Assembly: GCA_965215945.1 (NCBI GenBank)
Contig: CBDCFC010000047.1
Coordinates: forward strand, 20,643-84,642
Length of the DNA: 64,000 bases
Source: Arenicellales bacterium
Lineage (GTDB): Bacteria; Pseudomonadota; Gammaproteobacteria; Arenicellales; JAHEKD01
Direction: 5' to 3'
A program made the position numbers and the translations under genes. The notes under the pieces are model-generated. The model had not been told where the DNA came from, ran no database searches, and saw only the letters and a list, made by a program, of their open reading frames with translations. This document shows positions 48,139 through 58,431 of this stretch, one piece after another. Position 1 is the stretch's first letter; each line of letters begins with the position of its first letter.

Positions 48139-48664
48139 AAAGAAAATTAGAGCGTTATTGCCAAAATGATTATAGATTCAGGATAGAATTCACTGGTTAG
48201 TGTACTGAGTTTCGGATTTGAAATTACCAACGAAGATTTTATTTTCAGTTATCGAAATCGAAATCTGAAAATGTTCGGTTGCGTAACGGTGGTTCCTGAA
48301 TGAAATTATCTTTTTTTACCTTCTCTCATCTTGGACTACAATTCGCTAGTTCCTAGGAAAATATTTGCTTGCCGTACTGTTTTTATAGTTAGGTAGAATT
48401 AAGTAATCTGAAATGGTATTGAGGCTGGATTCGAGTTCCCCAAACTTCGTTGATCGAGGTTGCCTGTTGATTGTAAAGCTAGTTAGAAACTCTGGTGATA
48501 ATGGATATGCTGGTTAGCAAACCGATGATTCCTAGATATACTTATCGAAGTCGATTTCTGAAAGCAATCGATTTCTCCAAACGAAGTTGGGACTTGGATT
48601 CGAGTTCCTAAACTTTAATAAACATTTATGGTTACTGATAGGATATAACTACTTGAAAAGTATG

Positions 48665-48751
48665 TGGTACCGAGGAAAGGACTTGAACCTTCACGGGGTT
48701 GCCCCCACTAGCACCTGAAGCTAGCGCGTCTACCAATTCCGCCACCTCGGC
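48665..48751 (-). tRNA. tRNA-Leu (anticodon CAG)
   Basis: 87-nt type II tRNA on the minus strand: GCCGAGGTGGCGGAATTGGTAGACGCGCTAGCTTCAGGTGCTAG..., with a long variable arm, the T-arm GGTTCAAGTCC and a CCA end. It is very similar to the E. coli leu(CAG) tRNAs. Confidence 0.92.
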
Positions 48752-48793
48752 ATGTGAGGCGGCTGACTCTACAATGACTTAATAGGGTTGTCA

Positions 48794-50812
48794 ATGAACC
48801 TAAAAAAAAGTAAACAACATAAAGTAAAAACCAAGGTCCAAACTATTACCGGAACCGTTATAGGGCATCCAAAGGGATTCGGTTTTCTCGAGCGTGACGA
48901 CAAAGATGGCGATGATATTTATTTGCCTGCTTATGAGATGGACACTGTATTACATGGTGACAAAGTTAAGGTCGAGGTTAAGTTAAAGCGCAAAGAGAAT
49001 AAATTAAGCGGCAGAATTATAAAAATTCTTGAAAGAGCGCATAAACGAATTAGTGGGGTGGTTCGCACTTATAACCGGAAATTATATGTGCAGCCGCTGG
49101 ACAAGCGTATTTCACATGATTTATACGTGAATAAGAAGTCACTCAAAGGAATCAATGTAGGTGATATTGTCGAGGTTCAAATCACTCAATATCCTGATCA
49201 CAACAAGAAACTATTATTGGGAGATGTGGTGCAGGTATTTGGTGACTTCACTGACGCGCAAATGCCGGTGACTTTGGCGCTGTATAAGCACCAAATACCT
49301 TATATTTGGTCACAAGCCGCCCAGGCTGCTGCTGAAGCGAGATGTCCTGAAAAAGTAACGAATCACGATGTACGATCGAGAACTGATTTACGTGATTTGG
49401 ATTTCGTCACCATTGATGGTGAAACGGCTAAAGATTTTGATGATGCAGTATTAGTCTCCAAGACAACAAAGGGCTATACGTTATATGTGGCGATTGCAGA
49501 TGTTTCGCATTACATAAAAGCAAATTCTGTGCTCGATAAAATTGCTTATGAACGCGGTACATCGGTTTATTTTCCAAATCGTGTTCGTGCCAATGTTGCC
49601 GGAAGCTTATTCCAATGGAATCTGTTCGCTGAAACCGGATGTCGATCGTCTGGTAATGGTTTGTGAAATTTCGTTAGATGACCAAGGCAATCGACGGGAT
49701 TATAAGTTCTACGAGGCCGTGATTCGATCAAAAGCCCGACTGACCTACACCAAAGTCTGGGATTATTTAAATGGTTCAAAGGTGAATAAAGACGTAGGGC
49801 CAATTAAAGAGACCATAGATCATGCTCACGAATTATTTCAAAAGCTACTGGATTTACGTAAACAAAGAGGCGCATTGGAGCTTGAGTTGCCCGAGGCTTT
49901 GGTTGTGTTTGATCAAGATAATAAAATCGAGAGCATTGAGCCAATAGTCAGGAATTCCGCTCACAGGCTAATTGAAGAGTTTATGTTATCGGCAAATATA
50001 TGCGCAGCGGAATTGATTCAGGAAAATTTCGAAACAGGCATGTTCAGGGTTCATGAAAAGCCAGACGATGAAAGAGTGGCAGACTTGAGATATTTTTTGT
50101 CAGATTTTGCTCTTGAATTACCCGGTGGTGACCGACCGAGTAGTGAAGATTTTGTTAAGGTTTTGAATGATCCTAAAGTTCGTGATGAGTGGAAGTATGT
50201 CATCAGTACAATGATGTTGAGAACTCAAAAGCAAGCCCGTTACAGTGAACAGTCAGGCATTCATTTTGCTTTAAATTACGATACTTATACACACTTTACG
50301 TCACCGATTCGCCGCTATCCTGACTTGGTTGTGCATCGTTTACTCAAAAGTATTATTAAAAAGCGAATACCAGGGAAAATCTTGTGGATAACTTGTCCGT
50401 CATTGCCGAACATTGCAGCAACACAGAGCGAAGGGCTGAGGAAGCATCACGTGAAGTCGTCAGTTACTATAAATTACAATATTTGCAAGCGCATGTTGGA
50501 GATGGCTTTGTTGGTGTTATCACAGGGGTCAGTAGCTTTGGTTTTTTTGTCGAACTGGAAAAAGTTTTTACCAGTGGTTTGGTGCATGTAACCAGTTTGC
50601 TTGATGACTATTATTTTTATGATCCCTTAAAGCAGCAGCTTATCGGTGAACGATCTGGGAAAGTGTTTAAAATTGGCCCAAAAGTCGAAGTGCAGATTTC
50701 TAACGTCGACTTAGAAGACAAGAAACTGGATCTTATTATTCCTACTCAACACAAACAACAGAATGAGTCTAGAAAGCAAAAGAAACGCAGACGTAGGAAG
50801 AATAATGGTTAA
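48794..50812 (+). pseudogene. rnr: Ribonuclease R, interrupted by two frameshifts (or sequencing errors)
   Basis: Three consecutive ORFs in frames F, F+1 and F carry contiguous RNase R homology. The first has the cold-shock/OB N-terminus. The second has [24 protein letters not shown] and the RNB domain. The third has ...SNTERRAEEASREV plus an S1 domain and a Lys/Arg tail. The breaks are near 49587 and 50358-50363. Confidence 0.8.
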
Positions 50813-51563
50813 ACACACTACCGCAACTCATGCTTATGGATTTCATGCGCTGACTGCATTGATCCGCCAGTCACCAGAACGAGTTGATCGCGTATTTATA
50901 GATAGGAATAAAAAAGATGTTAGAACACTCAAGTTTATAGATTTACTAAAAGCAAACAAAATCGATTTGGAATTTTGTGGGCGTGGTTTTTTACAAAAAC
51001 GCCTAGGTGATGTCGTTCACCAAGGTGTAATGGCTATTGTTAATGAATCTGCTGATAGTAAAAAAATCAATCTCGAAACTGCGTTGAGTAACCTGAATGA
51101 ACACGAGACGCTGTTGATTCTTGATGGTGTCCAGGATCCGATGAACTTAGGTGGTTGTTTGAGAGTGGCCGATGCAGCCGGTGTTAGGCATGTTATTTTA
51201 CCCAAGGATAAAAGTGCTTCGGTCACTGCTGCCACACGTAAAGTATCTGCAGGAGCGGCTGAATCGCTTTGTATTCATACAGTAACAAATCTTGTTCGAA
51301 CCATAGAGTTACTCAAGCAGCATAATTTTTGGGTTGTTGGTATGGCGGAAGAAGCTGATTGTTCGCTTTATCAATATCAGTTTAGCGGAAGAACCGCATT
51401 AATTTTAGGGAATGAGGGCAAAGGCTTAAGACAGTTGACACGAAAAACATGTGACCAAATCCTTTTTATACCCATGCACGGGCAGGTCGAAAGCCTCAAT
51501 GTTGCAACTGCCGCAGCAGTAAGCTTATTTGAAATTTCTCGCCAAAGTAGTGCACTAACATAG
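50805..51563 (+). CDS. rlmB: 23S rRNA (guanosine-2'-O)-methyltransferase RlmB
   Basis: The start was trimmed to MVKHTTATHAYGFHAL. It has SpoU-family motifs (LILDGVQDPMNLG, LILGNEGKGL, IPMHGQVESLNV) and follows rnr as in E. coli. Confidence 0.85.
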   Translation: MVKHTTATHAYGFHALTALIRQSPERVDRVFIDRNKKDVRTLKFIDLLKANKIDLEFCGRGFLQKRLGDVVHQGVMAIVNESADSKKINLETALSNLNEHETLLILDGVQDPMNLGGCLRVADAAGVRHVILPKDKSASVTAATRKVSAGAAESLCIHTVTNLVRTIELLKQHNFWVVGMAEEADCSLYQYQFSGRTALILGNEGKGLRQLTRKTCDQILFIPMHGQVESLNVATAAAVSLFEISRQSSALT

Positions 51564-51675
51564 TGCTTTTTTACACAATTTTAATAAAATAACAATTTAA
51601 ACTATTGATTAATAATTATATTTAAAATGGCATGATATTTGCTTATTATAGCTAACTAATACAAAGGTTAGCTTT

Positions 51676-52014
51676 ATGAATTTAATCATAGCAATTATTA
51701 AGCCCTACAAATTAGATGATGTCAGGGAATCACTAAACTCAGTTGGTGTGACGGGAATGACGGTCACAGAAGTCAAAGGCTTTGGGCGTCAACAAGGGCG
51801 TCATGAACTCTACCGCGGTGCTGAATATGCTGTGGATTTTGTACCTAAAATCAAGCTCGAAATAGCCGTTTTACAAAATCGAGTCGAAGAAGTCACCGAA
51901 ATCATTCGCCGTGAAGCTAATAGCGGCGAAATCGGTGATGGCAAGATATTTGTTCTTCCTTTAACTCAGGTTACCCGTATTCGTACCGGTGAACTTAATG
52001 AAAGCGCGATTTAG
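51676..52014 (+). CDS. glnK: Nitrogen regulatory protein P-II (GlnK type, adjacent to amtB)
   Basis: 112 aa reading MNLIIAIIKPYKLDDVRESL...TEVKGFGRQQG.HELYRGAEY (T-loop) ...GDGKIFV. Confidence 0.88.
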   Translation: MNLIIAIIKPYKLDDVRESLNSVGVTGMTVTEVKGFGRQQGRHELYRGAEYAVDFVPKIKLEIAVLQNRVEEVTEIIRREANSGEIGDGKIFVLPLTQVTRIRTGELNESAI

Positions 52015-52021
52015 GAGATAA

Positions 52022-53287
52022 GTGATGGAAAATAATATTTTTGAATTACAGTATGCAATTGATACGTTTTATTTTTTGATATGCGGTGCTTTGGTAATGT
52101 GGATGGCGGCTGGTTTTGCCATGCTTGAGGCCGGCCTGGTTCGCTCTAAGAATACGACGGAGATATTGACCAAAAATGTCGCGCTGTTTGCCGTAGCCTG
52201 CACAATGTATTTAGTCTGTGGTTACCAGTTTATGTATGATGGCGGCTTTTTCCTTTCCGGTGTAGATAGTGTTGCATCCATCGATGTCGAGTCTGTTTTA
52301 GCTGCGTCGGCTGAAAATGGGTTTGCTGGGGATTCTGTTTACTCGGGTGCATCTGATTTTTTCTTCCAGGTCGTATTTGTAGCCACTTGTATGTCTATTG
52401 TTTCTGGAGCGGTGGCAGAACGCATGAAGCTGTGGGCATTTTTAGCCTTTGCTGTGGTCATGACAGGAGTCATTTATCCTCTGGAAGGTTCATGGACATG
52501 GGGCGGAAAGAGTGTGTTTGGCTTATTTGAATTAAGCTATAGCGACTACGCGGGCTCAGGTATTGTACATATGGCAGGTGCTGCTGCTGCCTTGGCAGGT
52601 GTATTAATTCTCGGGCCACGCAAGGGCAAATACACAAAAGATGGCCGGGTAAATGCGATACCGGGAGCAAATCTACCATTGGCAACCCTCGGAACGTTTA
52701 TCTTGTGGCTAGGCTGGTTTGGTTTTAATGGTGGCTCGACCTTAAAGCTAGGCGGTATCGAAGCGGCCAATGAAGTGGCCAATGTATTTTTAAATACTAA
52801 TGCCGCTGCATCAGGGGGGTTGATTGCGGCGCTGCTGGTCGCCAGACTTATGTTCGGCAAGGCAGATTTAACCATGGCCTTGAATGGAGCTTTGGCTGGA
52901 CTGGTGGCCATAACGGCGGAGCCAGCTGACCCCAGCGCCTTACTGTCAACAATTATCGGAGCGATCGGTGGAGCCATTGTGGTTTTTAGTATTCTGTCTT
53001 TAGATAAACTAAAAATAGATGATCCTGTCGGTGCAATATCCGTACACGGTACAGCCGGTCTATGGGGTATTTTCGCTGTATTATTATCCGATGCAGATGC
53101 AACGCTGATGGGTCAGTTCATCGGCGCAGCAACGATTTTTATCTGGGTGTTTGGTGCGAGTTTGATTATTTGGGTAGCACTGAAGATGACATTAGGAATA
53201 AGAGTATCAGAACAAGAAGAGTATGAAGGTGTCGATATATCTGAATGCGGAATGGAAGCCTATCCTGAATTTAAGGTCACTACGTAA
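52022..53287 (+). CDS. amtB: Ammonium transporter
   Basis: 421 aa and multi-pass, with Amt signatures (DYAGSGIVHMAGAAAAL, LWLGWFGFNGGS, VHGTAGLWG). Confidence 0.92.
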   Translation: MMENNIFELQYAIDTFYFLICGALVMWMAAGFAMLEAGLVRSKNTTEILTKNVALFAVACTMYLVCGYQFMYDGGFFLSGVDSVASIDVESVLAASAENGFAGDSVYSGASDFFFQVVFVATCMSIVSGAVAERMKLWAFLAFAVVMTGVIYPLEGSWTWGGKSVFGLFELSYSDYAGSGIVHMAGAAAALAGVLILGPRKGKYTKDGRVNAIPGANLPLATLGTFILWLGWFGFNGGSTLKLGGIEAANEVANVFLNTNAAASGGLIAALLVARLMFGKADLTMALNGALAGLVAITAEPADPSALLSTIIGAIGGAIVVFSILSLDKLKIDDPVGAISVHGTAGLWGIFAVLLSDADATLMGQFIGAATIFIWVFGASLIIWVALKMTLGIRVSEQEEYEGVDISECGMEAYPEFKVTT

Positions 53288-53424
53288 TTTTCGTCATGGA
53301 ATTTAATTAGTTTGCCTGCCCTAGTTATGCCTGATGCTGTTTAAAAATAGTAGGCAGTGTCAGGTATAACAATTTCGAATAGATTTCAAAACTTAAAATT
53401 AAATATTGTTAATGTTTTGCAAAT

Positions 53425-53440
53425 TGTGACTTTTCTCACA
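53425..53440. promoter_or_regulatory. Perfect CRP-type palindrome TGTGA-N6-TCACA
   Basis: The sequence is TGTGACTTTTCTCACA, flanked by AAAT and GAAA. It is intergenic, 138 nt after the amtB stop and ~90 nt before a strong hairpin. Confidence 0.4.
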
Positions 53441-53528
53441 GAAAAAAATCCGTAAAAGTTGTAAGGTTATTCCAAACAAAAACAATAAATAAATTGGGGG
53501 GAATAGGTACAACGACACTAGATGCATT

Positions 53529-53558
53529 AAAGGTCAAAGTTTAACGACTTTGACCTTT
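53529..53558 (+). terminator. 12-bp perfect stem-loop followed by a T-rich tract
   Basis: AAAGGTCAAAGT - TTAACG - ACTTTGACCTTT, followed by CTTTATTAT. The sequence shared with IS copy A begins immediately after it. Confidence 0.4.
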
Positions 53559-53798
53559 CTTTATTATCGTTCGCGTAAGCGACAGAATGCCACGGGCCGA
53601 GGAATCTCTTGTGCTGTTCAAACCTGACAGATCAGTGATGCACTTAATAGCCCGTTTTGACGTACATGTTGAAACAGATCGGGGTCACTGAAAGAACGGA
53701 GGAATTTGAGATGCCCGTGGATGAATGAGTGTATATAGGTTGAACATCGCTCCTTAAATAAAGTGCGATGTTCATCGGATCAGTCCGCAAGGGCTTAC

Positions 53799-55182
53799 AT
53801 GGACACTGCCGATTTGCCAAGTTAAATTAAATAAAAAGAAGATCAATTGCACACTTACATCCGGCCTGTTATTGAAGTGGCGTGTTTCGACACTTCTGGC
53901 CCCAATGGAATACGCCGACAGGTTCCCTATCTGTTACTCGGAGTTTTACATCTCCAACCCTTTCGCCGGGGTTTCCCTGTCGCGGTCTGACCTGTTTTAC
54001 CATCTATTTCACTTGTCGCAATCTGTCTGAGGGTTAATTATTAAGTACTTGATCATCGTTGTGTTGTTAAATTATCGAGCTATTGCTTGATAGGCTTGAC
54101 CTGACGTTACTACACGCCATGCAATCCGTGCGGTTTTATTCGCCTGGGCCACACATGCCTTGTTGACATGAGTCCGATTCATTAATGCCGTGAGCCATGG
54201 TGATTTGTTTTCCATTCCAGCCCGTTGGCGGCGTTTCACACTGCAGATCACTGAGCGTGCACCATGGACCAATAACATTCGCACATAGCCATCCCCTCGT
54301 TTGGATATGCCCAACAATCGCTGCTTACCCCCACTGGATGCCTGTCGAGGCACTAATCCCAAATAGGCCGCTAATTGACGGCCATTGTTAAATGCACGGC
54401 CATCACCGATCGTGCCGACCAACGCCGTTGCCGTTAATATACCAATCCCAGGTATGCGGGTTAATAATTGGCTCTTCTCACAGTGTTGGTGCCATCGCGT
54501 TATCGACTGTTCAATTTCATCAATCTTTTGTTGATACATGACATAGTGTTCGTATAAGTTTGACAGTAAGGTGCGCATAGCCGGATTCAGCTCATTTGAC
54601 GCATCCGCCAATATATCCGCCATACGATGACCAATATGGTGGTTGCCCTGGGGGATTACGATGCCAAATTCGCTTAATGTCCCCCGAATATGGTTGCTCA
54701 GCGCAATGCGTTGGGACATCAGCAATCGTCGTGAGTGGTGTAAATGCAGTATCGTTTGCTGATCTATAGATTTGACCGGTGCAAAACGCATGCTGGGTCG
54801 TTGTACCGCTTCGCAGATCCCTTGGGCATCATTTTGATCATTTTTATTTGATTTGATATACGGGGCCACAAACTGTGGGGCCATGGCCCGTACGGTATGC
54901 CCAAGTTTAGCAAATTGACGGGCCCAGTAATGCATGGCACCACCGGCTTCAATCCCAATCAAACACGGTGATAGGTTGGCCAACAATGCAAGCAGCTGTG
55001 TACGGTTTACTTTCTTTTGTAAAACGACTTCACCGTGATCGTCTATCCCATGCAGTTGGAAACTATTTTTTGCCAAATCAATGCCTAATACGCTAATCTT
55101 GTTCATGGATACTGCCTCTTTTGTTAATTGAAATTTCAATTATGGCACTTTAGATGCCGAATGTTATTGAGGCAGTGTCCAT
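53799..55182 (-). mobile_element. IS1111-like (IS110-family) insertion sequence, copy B
   Basis: It has the same 12-bp inverted repeats (53799-53810 and 55171-55182) and an identical interior to copy A. Confidence 0.65.
54072..55139 (-). CDS. IS110-family (DEDD) transposase, copy B
   Basis: The 355-aa protein is identical to copy A. Confidence 0.92.
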   Translation of the reverse strand: MKFQLTKEAVSMNKISVLGIDLAKNSFQLHGIDDHGEVVLQKKVNRTQLLALLANLSPCLIGIEAGGAMHYWARQFAKLGHTVRAMAPQFVAPYIKSNKNDQNDAQGICEAVQRPSMRFAPVKSIDQQTILHLHHSRRLLMSQRIALSNHIRGTLSEFGIVIPQGNHHIGHRMADILADASNELNPAMRTLLSNLYEHYVMYQQKIDEIEQSITRWHQHCEKSQLLTRIPGIGILTATALVGTIGDGRAFNNGRQLAAYLGLVPRQASSGGKQRLLGISKRGDGYVRMLLVHGARSVICSVKRRQRAGMENKSPWLTALMNRTHVNKACVAQANKTARIAWRVVTSGQAYQAIAR

Positions 55183-55474
55183 TCCATTTGTTACGGTAAC
55201 AACCCCGGCTTTAGCCGGATTTTAGTAAACCTATTGAGGTTCCGGCACAAGCCCGGGGGAATCTATTCTTGCGAAAGAGCCAATCATCACACGTGGCTAA
55301 TAATATCGAACCTTGGCAGCCTAGACTTGTGATGATTTTACGGCGGAACAGCTTGAGATAAATGCCAGTGATCAGATCGTTGTGTTGAATCGGATCACTT
55401 ATTCGACTGGAAAATAAAATTATACAAATTAAAACACAAGAAAAGGCGGGGCGGATATATTCAGTTACAAACGT

Positions 55475-56314
55475 TCAGCCGGTTAGATTTTTTGCATGAT
55501 GGGCTATATGATCTCCCATAAAAGTAGCGATAAAATAATAGCTATGATCGTAGCCGTCATGAATTCTCAGGTTTAATTCTTGATCATTCTCATCACAAGC
55601 TTGTTGCAATAGCTCGGGTTTTAACTGCTCATTAAGAAAATCATCTGCGGCACCTTGATCGACCAGAACTGTACCGTCAATTTTTTTGCCTGCTTTTATT
55701 AATTCGACGGCATCATACTCTTGCCAGCTTTGTGAATTCGAACCCAGATAGCCGCCCAAAGCCTTGTGACCCCAGGGACATTGAGATGGCGCGCAAATCG
55801 GTGCAAACGCGGATACGGATTTATAAATATCGGGATTCTTAAGTGCGATTGTTAATGCACCGTGTCCGCCCATGGAATGACCAGTAATGCCCTGGCGATT
55901 CACATCAAGATTAAACTCGTTAAAAATAAGTTCAGGTAACTCTTGAGTGATGTAGCTATACATTCGGTAGTTTCCAGACCAGGGTGATTCCGTGGCATCG
56001 ACGTAAAAGCCAGCACCACTGCCGAAATCGTAACTTTCGTCTTCGCCTTCAATTTTTGCACCACGTGGGCTGGTATCCGGGGCAATCACGCATAGACCAT
56101 GTTCGGCAGCGTAACGCTGTGCGCCTGCTTTAACGGTGAAATTTTCTTCAGTGCAGGTCAGACCGGACAAATACCACAACACCGCCGCTTTTTTTTCATG
56201 TGGTTGCTCCGGCGCGAAAATCGAAAAGCGCATGGGTGTTTTGGTTTGTGTTGATTCATGCGAATAAACAGCTTGGGTACCACCAAAGCAGCGGTTTTGA
56301 CTGACTAATTCCAT
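55475..56314 (-). CDS. fghA: S-formylglutathione hydrolase (esterase D family)
   Basis: 279 aa with the GHSMGGHGAL nucleophile elbow and the conserved C-terminal DHSYYF. It is adjacent to the class III ADH gene. Confidence 0.87.
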   Translation of the reverse strand: MELVSQNRCFGGTQAVYSHESTQTKTPMRFSIFAPEQPHEKKAAVLWYLSGLTCTEENFTVKAGAQRYAAEHGLCVIAPDTSPRGAKIEGEDESYDFGSGAGFYVDATESPWSGNYRMYSYITQELPELIFNEFNLDVNRQGITGHSMGGHGALTIALKNPDIYKSVSAFAPICAPSQCPWGHKALGGYLGSNSQSWQEYDAVELIKAGKKIDGTVLVDQGAADDFLNEQLKPELLQQACDENDQELNLRIHDGYDHSYYFIATFMGDHIAHHAKNLTG

Positions 56315-56327
56315 TATCTAACCTTTA

Positions 56328-57437
56328 CTAGAATTCAACGACAGCACGGATCGATTCGCCTGCATGCATTAAATCAAAGCCTTTATTAATATCTTCCAAA
56401 GCCAGCTTATGGGTAATCAGATCGTCAATATTAATTTTGCCGTCCATGTACCAGTCGACTATCTTGGGGACATCAGTGCGACCCTTGGCGCCACCGAATG
56501 CAGTGCCGCGCCAAACCCGTCCAGTGACCAGCTGAAAAGGTCGGGTGCTGATTTCCTGACCGGCGCCTGCTACACCGATAATCACTGACTCACCCCAGCC
56601 TTTATGACAGCACTCCAGCGCCTGGCGCATCACATCAACATTGCCAATACACTCAAAGCTGAAATCGGCACCACCTTTGGTTAAATCAACAATATAAGGA
56701 ACCAGATCACCCTCGACTTCATCTGGATTGATGAAATGAGTCATTCCGAAATGTTCACCTATAGCTTTGCGCTCCGGATTGAGATCAACACCGACAATCA
56801 TATTGGCACCTACCATCCGTGCTCCCTGAATTACATTAAGTCCAATACCGCCCAGACCGAATACCACCACATTATCACCCGGTTTTACCTTAGCCGTGTT
56901 GATTACAGCACCGATACCAGTGGTTACACCACAACCGATATAGCAAATCTTATCGAACGGTGCATCTTCACGAACTTTAGCCAGGGCAATCTCAGGCACA
57001 ACCGTATGATTGGAAAAAGTGGAGGTACCCATGTAATGAAAAATTTTGTCCTCGCCAATGGAGAACCGACTGCTGCCATCAGGCATCAGGCCTTGCCCCT
57101 GCGTCTCCCGGATTTTTTGGCAAAGATTGGTTTTGCCGCTGGTGCAATATTCACATTCTCGGCATTCCGGAGTATATAAAGGAATGACATGGTCGCCTTT
57201 TGCCAGAGTGGTCACTCCGGGTCCAACGTCGACCACAACTCCTGCGCCCTCATGGCCTAAAATGGCGGGGAATAAACCTTCGGGGTCTGCACCCGAACGG
57301 GTGAATTCGTCGGTGTGACAAATGCCTGTCGCCCTGATCTCGACCAGCACTTCGCCCTCTTTGGGGCCGTCCAGATTTACGGTTTCGATGACTAAAGGTT
57401 CATCTGCTTTATAGGCAACTGCTGCGCGAGTTTCCAT
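56328..57437 (-). CDS. frmA: S-(hydroxymethyl)glutathione dehydrogenase / class III alcohol dehydrogenase
   Basis: 369 aa with GICHTDEF, GHEGAGVV, the structural zinc cysteines CRECEYCTSGKTNLC and GLGGIGL. Confidence 0.92.
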   Translation of the reverse strand: METRAAVAYKADEPLVIETVNLDGPKEGEVLVEIRATGICHTDEFTRSGADPEGLFPAILGHEGAGVVVDVGPGVTTLAKGDHVIPLYTPECRECEYCTSGKTNLCQKIRETQGQGLMPDGSSRFSIGEDKIFHYMGTSTFSNHTVVPEIALAKVREDAPFDKICYIGCGVTTGIGAVINTAKVKPGDNVVVFGLGGIGLNVIQGARMVGANMIVGVDLNPERKAIGEHFGMTHFINPDEVEGDLVPYIVDLTKGGADFSFECIGNVDVMRQALECCHKGWGESVIIGVAGAGQEISTRPFQLVTGRVWRGTAFGGAKGRTDVPKIVDWYMDGKINIDDLITHKLALEDINKGFDLMHAGESIRAVVEF

Positions 57438-57590
57438 GAATGCCTCCTATGTATCGTTTGAATTTGTGTTCTGACTTTATACCGGATTCTTTTTATTTAC
57501 ACAAATGTCCTGATCGATAAACTTTAAAAGGTCTTTTATGTATGGTAGGATTTTCTTGAAAATTAACCCCAGTGCCAAAGGAGACTAATA

Positions 57591-57938
57591 ATGATGAGAC
57601 TATTGCGTGTCCTCGCGTGCACTATTTTTGTAATGTCAAGTTCAGCCTTTAACTTAGTTTTTGCATAAGCTGGTTTGTTAACTGGTGGGGCAACAGAGCT
57701 TGAACCTATCACTTTAGGATCGGGTCAGCCTTTAGCAGAGAAGCCATACGAATTAGAGTCAGGGAAGTATTACAAGCTTGATATTAATTCTGACGGCACG
57801 GCGGAACTAGCACTTGAAGGTCCAAGTTTTTTTCGTAACGTTTGGATTAATGAGATAGTTATCAATGATATTGAAATTCGACCCCTGGGCGTTGAAAGCC
57901 TTGAGTTTGATGATGAAGGAACCGCTACCATTTCTTAA
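57591..57938 (+). pseudogene. Secreted-protein gene with an in-frame TAA at the signal-peptide cleavage site and a 3' end fused to a pqqC remnant
   Basis: AAAGGAG lies 7 nt before the ATG at 57591. MMRLLRVLACTIFVMSSSAFNLVFA is followed by TAA (57666-57668). The same frame then continues as AGLLTGGATELEPITLG..., which is the tracked ORF at 57675-57938. Confidence 0.5.
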
Positions 57939-57939
57939 G

Positions 57940-58431
57940 CGCATCCATGATCATGATGGTGATGAAAATAATAGTGGTGGTATAGAAGCTTGGGTTCAAC
58001 TTGCACTGGCATGCGGAATTGACAGAGATGATTTAGTTTCATTAAAGCATGTGTTACCCGGGGTCAGATTTGCTGTCGATGCCTATGTTAATTTTGCCCG
58101 TAATCATACATGGCAACAAGCCGCTTGCTCTTCGTTAACAGAATTGTTCGCGCCAGAAATTCATGAATCAAGATTAAAGTCTTGGCCGGAACATTATGGA
58201 TGGATTGATCAAAAAGGCTTAGGGTATTTTCAAAACCGTCTGTCACAAGCCAGACTTGATGTTAAACATGGTTTGGACATTACTCTCAATCATTTTCGCA
58301 GTTATGAGCAACAACAAAGTGCTTTTGAAATTCTACGTTTCAAATTGCAGGTGCTTTGGTCCATGTTAGATGCTATGGAACTAGCCTATGTTCAAAACAA
58401 GCCACCGTTTTTCAATTGCAATGATGGATGA
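57940..58431 (+). pseudogene. pqqC: Pyrroloquinoline-quinone synthase PqqC, missing about the first 85 codons
   Basis: From RIHDHDG onward the protein closely follows the PqqC consensus ([58 protein letters not shown]). The upstream in-frame sequence is unrelated to PqqC. Confidence 0.75.

Noticed and set aside
48427-48607. GGATTCGAGTTCC motifs considered as T-arm remnants of decayed tRNA genes or att sites of the tRNA-Leu islet
   Set aside because: The flanking bases do not form a T-stem or any cloverleaf. The match to the actual tRNA-Leu 3' end (GGACTTGAACC) is only about 8 nt.
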